NCBI GenBank assembly: GCA_045660325.1
Contig: JAZRDO010000005.1
Location: forward strand, 56,474 to 120,473
Length of the DNA stretch: 64,000 nucleotides
Source of the DNA: Eubacteriales bacterium
Lineage (GTDB): Bacteria > Bacillota > Clostridia > Oscillospirales > CAG-272
Direction of reading: 5' to 3'
A program made the position numbers and the translations under genes. Below the pieces are notes generated by a model that saw only the letters and a program-made list of their open reading frames with translations, did not search any database and had not been told where the DNA came from. Shown here piece by piece: positions 55,980-64,000 of the stretch (its first letter is position 1; each line of letters starts with the position of its first letter).

Positions 55980-57395
55980 ATGCTTAATAAAAACAAAGGA
56001 AAGGGACAAAATAATGCCGCAATGTGGATAGCACTGCCTATTGTTGCAATTGTTTTCGTTCTTCTATACATAATAGTAAATCTAACCAATATTACCTCGG
56101 TCGTAGAAAAAATCAATTCTATTCTTTCCCCAATATTTATTGGCTTTATCCTTGCATATCTATTAAATCCCATTTTTAATTTTTTTGAAAACAAGATATT
56201 TTGCTGGAAAAAGGACACGTTGTTCAAAAGACGTATTTGCAGATTGCTCTCCCTTATTTGTACTCTTATAGTACTCGCTGCAATAATTGCCCTTTTGATT
56301 CTTCTTATCGTTCCTCAGCTGATTGATTCAATTGTGGAAATTTTCAATAACCACGAGCATTATATCAATTCTCTGGTTACGTTTACAAATGACATCATAA
56401 ATTCCGTGGCGGGCAAATTCGCTCCCGAAGCAACCGTGCCTAATCTCTCATATAACGATATTCACAATGCGCTTCATAATTTCCTTAGCTCTAACAACGG
56501 AGAAGATAATGCGTTCATTGACTTTTTAAATAAGTATTCGCAAGAGATCACCACAATAGGAACGGACCTTCTTGTAAATTTGTTCTCTGTCCTCGCTGAT
56601 TTTATAGTCGGTCTTTTCGTAGCGGTCTACCTCCTCACCTCAAAGGAGCTCCGCGTGGCCCAGATACAAAAGGCGAGAAAAGCGCTCTTCTCAAAAGAAA
56701 GCAATAAATTTATATCCGAGGTAATTTACGTCGCAAAAACCAGCTTCGCAGGTTACATAAGAGGAAAGATTTTAAGCTCTCTTATGGTCGGTATTATTAC
56801 ATATATAGGTCTTTTGATATTCGATATTTCCGACTATAAGCTTCTTATTGCAACAATTATTTGCATAACGGATATCATTCCGATATTCGGTCCGTTCATT
56901 GGTGCTATACCCTCCGGCATCATCGTGCTTATGTGCGATCCTTCAAAGCTTTTGCCCTTTATATTGATGATACTTATTATACAGCAAATTGAAGGTAACA
57001 TCATCAGCCCCAAGATCCTCGGCGAGTCAACAAACATCAGCTCTCTTGCGGTAATCATTGCAATTACGGTTATGGGCGGCTTGTTCGGAATCGGAGGTAT
57101 GGTGCTCGGTGTTCCTGTATTTGCGACAGTCATCATTATCGTCAAGATATACCTTGAAAAAAGGCTTAATGAAAAGAATCTTCCTACGGAGACCGAGGAT
57201 TATATGGGCGTGAACTCCATGTCCGACACCGATATAATTCTTCACAAGCCCGAGGGCACGTGGATCAACAAAATCAAGCGCTCCTTCAAGCGCCACCGCG
57301 ACAAAAAGAACAGTGAATCAGACGATCAAACAACGGAAGAAACTGCCGATAACGTTGACGACTCTGATATCTCTGACGATAATACGGAAGCATAA
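55980..57395 (+). CDS. AI-2E family transporter (PerM-like) with acidic C-terminal tail
   Basis: 471 aa with about 8 TM segments. DIIPIFGPFIGAIP and QQIEGNIISPKILG blocks typical of the AI-2E/UPF0118 family. Confidence 0.85.
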   Translation: MLNKNKGKGQNNAAMWIALPIVAIVFVLLYIIVNLTNITSVVEKINSILSPIFIGFILAYLLNPIFNFFENKIFCWKKDTLFKRRICRLLSLICTLIVLAAIIALLILLIVPQLIDSIVEIFNNHEHYINSLVTFTNDIINSVAGKFAPEATVPNLSYNDIHNALHNFLSSNNGEDNAFIDFLNKYSQEITTIGTDLLVNLFSVLADFIVGLFVAVYLLTSKELRVAQIQKARKALFSKESNKFISEVIYVAKTSFAGYIRGKILSSLMVGIITYIGLLIFDISDYKLLIATIICITDIIPIFGPFIGAIPSGIIVLMCDPSKLLPFILMILIIQQIEGNIISPKILGESTNISSLAVIIAITVMGGLFGIGGMVLGVPVFATVIIIVKIYLEKRLNEKNLPTETEDYMGVNSMSDTDIILHKPEGTWINKIKRSFKRHRDKKNSESDDQTTEETADNVDDSDISDDNTEA

Positions 57396-57398
57396 ACC

Positions 57399-58370
57399 AT
57401 GGGACTTATATTTTATAACATCCCCGAGCTTATAGGAAGTAATACCGAGGTTTCGCTTCGCAATCTTTCAGAGCTTGAGGAGAGACTGAACCTTATTATT
57501 GAAGAAAGACTCGCACATATCGACGAGCTATCTCACGCAATAACTCAGGACGGAGAGGAAATCGATATAATTAAAAGTATTATTCTTTCCTTGAAGCCCG
57601 AAAGCTTTTGCGACAGTAACAAAATTATCGATAAAAACGTAAAAAGCATCAACAGTATCTACTCTGCTCTTTCCCTTCGTGAACGACTCTTGATTTGCGA
57701 GAGTATTCTTTGCTCGTATGCAAGTGGCGAGAAGATCAACTACGAAATGTTTCTTGATTTTCCCAAGCGCATAATTGACCCTAAATCCAAGGATAGAATT
57801 GCATATCTCAAGAGCACATACAACGATGCCGCTTATCTTGAATTTGCAAATCTTCTGTCATCCCCCTGCGCTGCCTATTACGATAGCATAGCAAACGTGT
57901 GTGAGAGCGTATATAACGATACCTGCGAGTATTGTATACTCCCTCTTGAAACCTCGACCGACGGAAAGCTATCAAGCTTCTACGACCTTATTCTTAAATA
58001 TGGCTTTACTATATGCGCGGTGTATGATCTGCATCACGCGGATTCAAACAAGCATACAAGATACGGTCTTATTTCCAAGGGAAATACAATTCACACTACT
58101 CCTCTTAAAACAAAATCTAAAATAAAGTTTATTGAATTTGTCTTTGAGCACGATTCCTATCCTTCGTTGACCGACGTTTTATCGGCATCGGAGTTCTGCT
58201 CTATGCGACTCAGACGAATCGATACTTTAAGTATTCTTCAAAACAAGAACAAAACACCGCTTATCTGCCCGATATTCAGAGTCGATACAGCCGATCTCAA
58301 TACGTTTTTGACGTTTATGACGATTGACTGCCCGACACTTAAAATACTCGGAATATATACACAGATCTAA
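57399..58370 (+). CDS. Prephenate dehydratase-like protein (PDT plus ACT-like domains, divergent)
   Basis: RIAYLKSTYNDAAYLEF..., CILPLETSTDGKL (compare PiENS.eG.V), HTRYGLIS (compare the TRF motif) and a C-terminal ACT-like ...FRVDTADLNTFL...LKILGIY. Starts 3 nt after the transporter stop. Confidence 0.45.
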   Translation: MGLIFYNIPELIGSNTEVSLRNLSELEERLNLIIEERLAHIDELSHAITQDGEEIDIIKSIILSLKPESFCDSNKIIDKNVKSINSIYSALSLRERLLICESILCSYASGEKINYEMFLDFPKRIIDPKSKDRIAYLKSTYNDAAYLEFANLLSSPCAAYYDSIANVCESVYNDTCEYCILPLETSTDGKLSSFYDLILKYGFTICAVYDLHHADSNKHTRYGLISKGNTIHTTPLKTKSKIKFIEFVFEHDSYPSLTDVLSASEFCSMRLRRIDTLSILQNKNKTPLICPIFRVDTADLNTFLTFMTIDCPTLKILGIYTQI

Positions 58371-58403
58371 AAATATTATATAATAGAAAAGGAATTTTTT
58401 GAA

Positions 58404-58661
58404 ATGGACAACTACAGCTACAACACAAAGGGCGTTTGCTCAAGAAAAATTGAATTCACAGTTGAAGACGGCATCATTACCGACGCATCCTTCACAGGCG
58501 GCTGCAACGGCAATACTCAGGGAGTTGCTGCTCTTGTTAAGGGTATGACTGTTGAAGAAGCTATCAAGAGAATGGAAGGCATCAAGTGCGGCCCCCGCCC
58601 CACATCCTGCCCCGATCAGTTCGCACAGGCGCTCAAGGAATATCTCGCAAGCAAGAACTAA
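58404..58661 (+). CDS. TSCPD-domain small protein (TIGR03905-like, 4-Cys)
   Basis: 85 aa. GVCSRKIEF...FTGGCNGNTQG...KCGPRPTSCPDQ pattern. Confidence 0.75.
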   Translation: MDNYSYNTKGVCSRKIEFTVEDGIITDASFTGGCNGNTQGVAALVKGMTVEEAIKRMEGIKCGPRPTSCPDQFAQALKEYLASKN

Positions 58662-58692
58662 TATCACCTAAATAGAAAGGCAAGGCTAATAT

Positions 58693-60408
58693 ATGGAAAA
58701 GTATCTTGAAAATTACTATCGCTGGTTAAACTCACAGAAGCTTTCCGAAGCAGAAAAGGCAGAGCTTGAAGCGATCAAGAATGATAATGACGAAATCAAG
58801 TTCCGTTTTTCTTCTTATCTTTCCTTTGGTACTGCAGGTCTTCGCGGCACAATGAAAACAGGTATGAACGCGATGAATGTCCATACCGTCGCACATGCTA
58901 CACAAGGTCTTGCGGCGCTCATTACAGAATGCGGCAGACAAGCTGACGGCGTTGCTATAGCATACGACAGCAGAAATAATTCCCCCCTCTTTGCACAGGT
59001 TGCAGCAGAGGTTTTGGCGGCAGCAGGCATCAAGGCATATCTCTTTGACGCGCTTCGTCCCACGCCTGAGCTTTCCTTTGCTCTTAGACACCTCGGTTGT
59101 GTTGCGGGCATCAATATTACCGCATCTCACAACCCCAAGCAGTACAACGGATACAAGGCATACTGGGAGGACGGCGCTCAGCTTCCCCCCGAGCACGCGG
59201 ATACAGTTTCTGCGGCAATCGCAAAGCTCGATATTTTCGACGACGTAAAGAGAGCCGATTTTGAAGCGGCTAAGGCTGAAGGACTTATAGTTATGATCGG
59301 AGAAGAGGTTGATAAGGCATATCTCTCCGAGGTTTTAGCTCAGCAGGTAAATCCCGATGCAGTTAAAAATGTTGCCGACGACCTTAGAATCGTTTACTCT
59401 CCCCTTCACGGCGCAGGACACAAGCTCGTTCCTGAAATTCTCAAGATGACGGGTCTTAAGCACCTTTACAAGGTTGAAGAGCAGTTTGAAATTAACGGTA
59501 ACTTCCCCACGGTTGAAAAGCCCAATCCCGAATACAAGGAAGTATTCGCTCTCGGTATCAAAATCGCAGACGAGGTAGGTAGCGATCTTATCGTTGCAAC
59601 CGACCCCGACGCTGACAGAGTTGGCGTTATGGCTAGAGCTAAGGACGGCACGTTCAAGACCATCTCGGGCAATCAGATGGGCGCTCTCCTTATTGACTAT
59701 ATCATTACTGCATACGAGGAAACAAACACAATGCCCGAAGAGCCCTTCGCGGTTAAGACTATCGTTTCCACCGAGCTTGTTTCAAGGATCTGTGCAGCGC
59801 ATAACGTAAAGCTTTATAACGTACTTACAGGCTTTAAGTTCATCGGCGAGGTTATCAAGAAGCACGAGCAGATGGGACACGGCAATTACATCTTTGGCTT
59901 TGAGGAATCCTACGGCTACCTCAAGGGTACTTATGCAAGAGACAAGGACGCAGTAGTTGCTTCAATGCTCATTTGCGAGATGACCGCATATTACAGAGCA
60001 AAGAATATGACTCTTATCGATGCTCTTGAAGGGCTTTACGAAAGATACGGTCTTTATAATGAGTCCAATATTGAGATCTACATGGAAGGTCTCGAAGGCC
60101 CCGCTAAGATGGCGGCTCTTATGGATTCTATGAGAACGAGCATCCCCGCAGAGCTTGGAGGATTTAAGGTTGTAACCTTCGGCGACTACAAGGCAGAGGA
60201 ATTTACTGATATTGCAACGGGAGAAAAGACTCCTACGGGTCTTCCTAAGTCCAACGTGCTCTATTTCAAGCTTGAAAACAATGACGTTATTATCGTTCGT
60301 CCCTCAGGTACAGAGCCCAAGATTAAGTTCTATTTCTTGGCAAGTGGCGACGACAAGGCGCAGATTGAGGCAAAGATTGAAGGATATAAGAAATCTCTCG
60401 GCGTTTAA
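58693..60408 (+). CDS. Phospho-sugar mutase (phosphoglucomutase/phosphomannomutase family)
   Basis: 571 aa. Active-site INITASHNPKQYNGYK, metal loop ATDPDADR and sugar-binding GFEESYG. Confidence 0.9.
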   Translation: MEKYLENYYRWLNSQKLSEAEKAELEAIKNDNDEIKFRFSSYLSFGTAGLRGTMKTGMNAMNVHTVAHATQGLAALITECGRQADGVAIAYDSRNNSPLFAQVAAEVLAAAGIKAYLFDALRPTPELSFALRHLGCVAGINITASHNPKQYNGYKAYWEDGAQLPPEHADTVSAAIAKLDIFDDVKRADFEAAKAEGLIVMIGEEVDKAYLSEVLAQQVNPDAVKNVADDLRIVYSPLHGAGHKLVPEILKMTGLKHLYKVEEQFEINGNFPTVEKPNPEYKEVFALGIKIADEVGSDLIVATDPDADRVGVMARAKDGTFKTISGNQMGALLIDYIITAYEETNTMPEEPFAVKTIVSTELVSRICAAHNVKLYNVLTGFKFIGEVIKKHEQMGHGNYIFGFEESYGYLKGTYARDKDAVVASMLICEMTAYYRAKNMTLIDALEGLYERYGLYNESNIEIYMEGLEGPAKMAALMDSMRTSIPAELGGFKVVTFGDYKAEEFTDIATGEKTPTGLPKSNVLYFKLENNDVIIVRPSGTEPKIKFYFLASGDDKAQIEAKIEGYKKSLGV

Positions 60409-60411
60409 TTA

Positions 60412-60450
60412 AAAAATAAAGCGGAATGCAATGCATTCCGCTTTTTTATT
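60412..60450. terminator. Bidirectional terminator (phospho-sugar mutase / typA)
   Basis: GCGGAATGC-AAT-GCATTCCGC flanked by AAAAAATAAA and TTTTTT. Confidence 0.85.
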
Positions 60451-62290
60451 ATGTGTTTTGAAGAGCTCTTCTCTTCTTCATCATTTCCTTCATACGAATC
60501 TCGGTATTGAGAATCTTCTTACGAAGTCTTATGGACTTAGGTGTTACCTCGATAAGCTCGTCATCTGTAATGAACTCGATTGCTTCTTCAAGGCTGAATA
60601 CCACGGGAGGAGTAAGCAAAAGCTTTTCATCCGCGCCTGCGGAACGAATAGCTGTAAGATGCTTTTCCTTACAGGGATTTACTGCGATATCATCATTCTT
60701 GGGGTTTTCACCAACGATCATACCCTCGTATACAGGCGTCTGAGGACCAACGAAGAGGTTACCTCTCTCCTGTGTATTGTAAAGTCCGTATCTCGTTGTA
60801 ACGCCGTTTTCAGACGCTACGAGCGCGCCTGTAAATCTCATTACAATTCCTCCACGGTAAGGCTGATAGCCGTCAAAGAGCGTATTAAGCACGCCCTCGC
60901 CGTGAGTTGCGGACATAAATTCACTTCTGTAACCAAAGAGGCAACGGGACGGAATGCTATACTCGATTCTCATACGGCTTCCAACGGGATTCATCTCGAG
61001 AAGATCGCCCTTTCTCTGTCCGAGCTTTTCAATTACGGGACCAACGTAATCGGAAGGAACGTCAAGCGTAACCTTTTCCATAGGCTCACACTCAACACCG
61101 TCAATTTCCTTCAAAATAACCTTCGGGTTGGAGCAAGTAAGCTCATAGCCCTCACGGCGCATATTTTCAATAAGTATGGAGAGATGCATCTCTCCTCTAC
61201 CCGAAACTACGAATTCATCGGTCGTATCACCGTCGCGAACGCGGAGAGAAACGTCACGGAGAAGCTCACGGTAAAGTCTTTCGCGAAGCTGACGGGAGGT
61301 AACGAACTTACCTTCCTTACCCGCCAAGGGGCTATCGTTAACCGAGAATGTCATCTCAACCGTAGGCTCGGTAACCTTAACGAATTCAAGGGGCTCGGGA
61401 CGTGTTATGCTTGCAACAGTGTCGCCGATAGAAATGTCGCCGGCTCCGGAGAAACAAACGATATCGCCTACCTTCGCGGTATCAACCGGAACACGAAGGA
61501 GACCGTCAATCTGATAGAGAGAAACGATCTTGGTTCTTCTGGGCTTTTCGTCGGGACGGTGGAAGTTACATATAGCAACGTCCTGGTTTACCTTTATTGT
61601 ACCGCGCTCAATTCTACCGATACCGATTCTACCTACGTAGTCATTGTAGTCGATGGAGGAAACGAGAATCTGAAGCTCCTCGTCAGGATCTCCCTCGGGC
61701 GCAGGAATATAGTCAAGAATCTTTTCAAAGAGAGGAGTCAAATCCTTACCCTCTTCGTCGGGGGATTCGGATGCAGTACCTGCTCTTCCCGAGCAATAAA
61801 GCATGGGAGAATCAAGCTGCTCGTCATTAGCACCGAGGTCAATGAGAAGCTCAAGAATCTCATCCTCAACCTCACCGAGTCTTGCATCGGGCTTGTCGAT
61901 CTTGTTAAAGCAAACGATAACTCTGTGATTAAGCTCAAGCGCGCGCTTCAAAACGAATCTTGTCTGAGGCATAGGACCTTCAGCCGCGTCAACAAGAAGA
62001 ATAACACCGTTAACCATTTTGAGTACTCGTTCAACCTCACCACCGAAGTCGGCGTGGCCGGGAGTGTCAATAATATTGATCTTTACGTCCTTGTAATGAA
62101 CTGCGGTGTTCTTTGCAAGGATAGTAATACCTCTTTCCTTTTCAATGTCGCCAGAGTCCATAACGCGAGTAACCGTTTCCTGATTATCTCTGTAAATACC
62201 GCCCTGCTTAAGAAGTCCGTCAACAAGTGTCGTCTTACCATGGTCAACGTGAGCGATAATCGCAATATTTCTTAAATCTTCTCTTACCAT
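60449..62290 (-). CDS. typA: Translational GTPase TypA/BipA
   Basis: 613 aa. G1 [10 protein letters not shown]3 [11 protein letters not shown] and G4 NKID. EF-G-like domains and the TypA-specific C-terminus. Confidence 0.96.
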   Translation of the reverse strand: MVREDLRNIAIIAHVDHGKTTLVDGLLKQGGIYRDNQETVTRVMDSGDIEKERGITILAKNTAVHYKDVKINIIDTPGHADFGGEVERVLKMVNGVILLVDAAEGPMPQTRFVLKRALELNHRVIVCFNKIDKPDARLGEVEDEILELLIDLGANDEQLDSPMLYCSGRAGTASESPDEEGKDLTPLFEKILDYIPAPEGDPDEELQILVSSIDYNDYVGRIGIGRIERGTIKVNQDVAICNFHRPDEKPRRTKIVSLYQIDGLLRVPVDTAKVGDIVCFSGAGDISIGDTVASITRPEPLEFVKVTEPTVEMTFSVNDSPLAGKEGKFVTSRQLRERLYRELLRDVSLRVRDGDTTDEFVVSGRGEMHLSILIENMRREGYELTCSNPKVILKEIDGVECEPMEKVTLDVPSDYVGPVIEKLGQRKGDLLEMNPVGSRMRIEYSIPSRCLFGYRSEFMSATHGEGVLNTLFDGYQPYRGGIVMRFTGALVASENGVTTRYGLYNTQERGNLFVGPQTPVYEGMIVGENPKNDDIAVNPCKEKHLTAIRSAGADEKLLLTPPVVFSLEEAIEFITDDELIEVTPKSIRLRKKILNTEIRMKEMMKKRRALQNT

Positions 62291-62310
62291 TAATCTACCT
62301 CAAAAGTCTA

Positions 62311-63243
62311 TCACTTTAAAAATCCGTTTATAATCTCTTCCTCAGCCTCTTTCTCGTCAAGTCCGAGAGTCATAAGCTTAATGAGCTGCTCGCCCGCTAT
62401 CTTACCGATTGCCGCCTCGTGAATAAGAGACGCGTCAATATGATTTGCGGTAATTTCGGGAACTGCTTGAACGGATGCATTATCCATTATGATCGCATCA
62501 CACTCGGTGTGTCCCGAGCAAGCGTTATTTCCTCTTATATTGGAGAGGAAAAGCTGCTTGGAATTGTCCTTTGCAACCGAACGGGAAACTACGTGTGCGC
62601 CACAGTTTTCGCCGTCAAGGTCAAGCACAAACTCTGTTCTCGCATACTGCTCGCCGTGTGTCATGATCTTTTCGTGTACAACGAGGGTTGCATTCTTTGC
62701 AAGCTTAGCTTCAGTCTTTCTGTCCGTAGAATCAACACCCTTGATCTGTGTCGTTTCCATTTCCATATAAGCACCCTCTTCGAGAACTACAACGGATGTG
62801 GGATTCATAAGATTCTTACCGTTTCCGTCGCCCTCGCCGTAATGCTTTTCAACGTACTTTACCTTTGCATTCTTTCCAACGTAGAAGCTGTGAATACCGC
62901 TGTGCTCACTGTCCTGCACGCCGCAATTGTGAATACCGCAGCCCGCGATAATAAGCACGTCAGCACCCTCTTCAATGTGAAAATCATTATATACGAGCTC
63001 GCGGATACCTGTTTCCGCCAAAATTACGGGGATATGCACGCTCTCTCTTTTAGCACCCGCCTTGATATAAATATCAATACCGGGCTTGTCTTCCTTCTTT
63101 TCAATGATGATGTTCTCGGAGGAGTTCTTGCCGAACATCTCGCCGTCAACACGGAGGGAGTAAGCGCCCTCGGGAATCTCGTGGAGGTCGGCAACCTGAC
63201 GGAGCATCTCAAGTTTTATTTTGTCAAGCTTTTTTTCTGCCAT
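62311..63243 (-). CDS. SufB/SufD family Fe-S cluster assembly protein (short form)
   Basis: 310 aa with beta-helix-type repeats, ending ...ASLIHEAAIGKIAGEQLIKLMTLGLDEKEAEEEIINGFL. Lies directly downstream of sufC. Confidence 0.8.
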   Translation of the reverse strand: MAEKKLDKIKLEMLRQVADLHEIPEGAYSLRVDGEMFGKNSSENIIIEKKEDKPGIDIYIKAGAKRESVHIPVILAETGIRELVYNDFHIEEGADVLIIAGCGIHNCGVQDSEHSGIHSFYVGKNAKVKYVEKHYGEGDGNGKNLMNPTSVVVLEEGAYMEMETTQIKGVDSTDRKTEAKLAKNATLVVHEKIMTHGEQYARTEFVLDLDGENCGAHVVSRSVAKDNSKQLFLSNIRGNNACSGHTECDAIIMDNASVQAVPEITANHIDASLIHEAAIGKIAGEQLIKLMTLGLDEKEAEEEIINGFLK

Positions 63244-63262
63244 TATATATTCCTCTTAAAAA

Positions 63263-63988
63263 TCAATTTTCCTGTGTAAATCTGCAACCCGACTGAACTC
63301 TGAAAAGCTCGGGATAAATATCCTTCTTATCGCCGTATGCAGCAACCTTACCGTTTGCAATAACTACGATCTTATCCGCGATATCAAGAATTCTTTCCTG
63401 ATGCGAGATAATAAGAATGTTTCCCTTTGTCTTTTCGTGCATCTTTTCAAATACCTGTATAAGGTTGTTAAAGCTCCAAAGGTCAATTCCTGCCTCAGGC
63501 TCGTCAAATACGGAGAACTTTGTTCCGCGCGCATTGATCATTGCGATCTCAATTCTCTTAAGCTCGCCGCCTGAAAGTGAGCCGTTCACTTCTCTGTTGA
63601 TATATTCCTTTGCGCAAAGACCAACCTCGGAGAGATAAGAACAAGCCTCTCCAATCGAGATCTTCTTGCCTGCTGCCAAAGAAATAAGGTCCTTAACACT
63701 GATTCCCTTGAACTTTACAGGCTGCTGGAATGCATAGCTGATGCCTGCTCTGGATCTCTCTGTGATGTTCATATTTGTAATATCAACACCATCAAGCAAG
63801 ATCTGTCCTTCGTCGGGAGTAATTATACCTGCAATAAGCTTTGCAAGTGTGGATTTACCCGAGCCGTTAGGACCTGTAATAGCCACAAATCTTTCGTTTA
63901 TAGTAAGATTTATATTATCAAGTATTTTCGTTGTCTTACCGCTTACCTCATCAGTAACCGAGTACGACAAATTCTTTATTTCAAGCAT
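63263..63988 (-). CDS. sufC: Fe-S cluster assembly ATPase SufC
   Basis: 241 aa. Walker A GPNGSGKST, ABC signature LSGGELKR, Walker B FSVFDEPEAGID. Confidence 0.93.
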   Translation of the reverse strand: MLEIKNLSYSVTDEVSGKTTKILDNINLTINERFVAITGPNGSGKSTLAKLIAGIITPDEGQILLDGVDITNMNITERSRAGISYAFQQPVKFKGISVKDLISLAAGKKISIGEACSYLSEVGLCAKEYINREVNGSLSGGELKRIEIAMINARGTKFSVFDEPEAGIDLWSFNNLIQVFEKMHEKTKGNILIISHQERILDIADKIVVIANGKVAAYGDKKDIYPELFRVQSGCRFTQEN

Positions 63989-64000
63989 TTTTTAATATCC

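Noticed and set aside
60431-62275. 614-aa plus-strand ORF covering the whole typA locus
   Set aside because: It is exactly codon-aligned antisense to a very well supported typA gene. It has no RBS, and its low-complexity sequence is rich in L, N, R and V. It is explained by typA avoiding TTA/CTA/TCA codons.
62419-63279. 286-aa plus-strand ORF opposite the SufB/D gene
   Set aside because: It is a codon-aligned shadow ORF. The minus-strand gene has an RBS, family similarity and the sufC operon context.
1-64000. Search for mobile elements, prophage genes, CRISPR-Cas, restriction-modification, toxin-antitoxin pairs or known defence cassettes
   Set aside because: I recognised no transposase, integrase, recombinase, Cas, methylase-endonuclease pair or typical small TA pair in any frame. 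RmuC, the DUF815 ATPase and the MutS-like ATPase occur as single genes in housekeeping context.

Overview
The window looks like a chromosomal, mostly housekeeping segment of a moderately AT-rich Gram-positive bacterium, probably Bacillota of the class Clostridia. Evidence for that placement: GGAGG-type ribosome-binding sites, many near-perfect TTGACA-17-TATAAT promoters, a T-box leader, a type-A-like RNase P RNA, lipobox lipoproteins and GC-rich stem-loop terminators. All calls come from reading the ORF translations and the DNA by eye; no BLAST, HMM or folding program was run.

I support about 58 protein genes:
- Translation and RNA modification: rpsI-rplM, typA, trmL-mnmA, rimO, rsmA and a THUMP methyltransferase.
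- DNA repair and uptake: pcrA, radA, rmuC, tag, comEC.
- Metabolism: gpmI (partial), cysK, pgsA, ispE, a phosphoglucomutase, sufC with a SufB/D gene, and a T-box-controlled leuA-leuC-leuD-leuB operon.
- Also secA, a class A PBP and a GH78 rhamnosidase.
- One RNA gene, rnpB, at about 18074..18435 (-).

I saw no transposase, integrase, CRISPR array, prophage or recognisable toxin-antitoxin or defence cassette. I cannot point to one clear novel system. The candidates that best merit follow-up are:
1. A tight four-gene operon: a short radical SAM/SPASM enzyme, a MazG-type NTP pyrophosphohydrolase, a GNAT::methyltransferase fusion and a lipoprotein, with no precursor peptide (30496..33467).
2. An array of mini-hairpins separated by AGTGAAGTT / AACTTCACT linkers in the pgsA 3' region (20726..20887).
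3. Three tandem lipoprotein genes sharing a His/Trp/Cys module (1725..5137).
4. A glucuronate-isomerase-like protein that appears to have lost its catalytic His motifs, divergent from a truncated MutS-family ATPase (37169..40355).
5. An Asn/Gln-rich ORF built from 12-nt tandem repeats, downstream of a membrane protein that starts directly after secA (10606..11669).

The long antisense ORFs in the track, for example the 614-aa ORF opposite typA, are codon-aligned shadows and are rejected.
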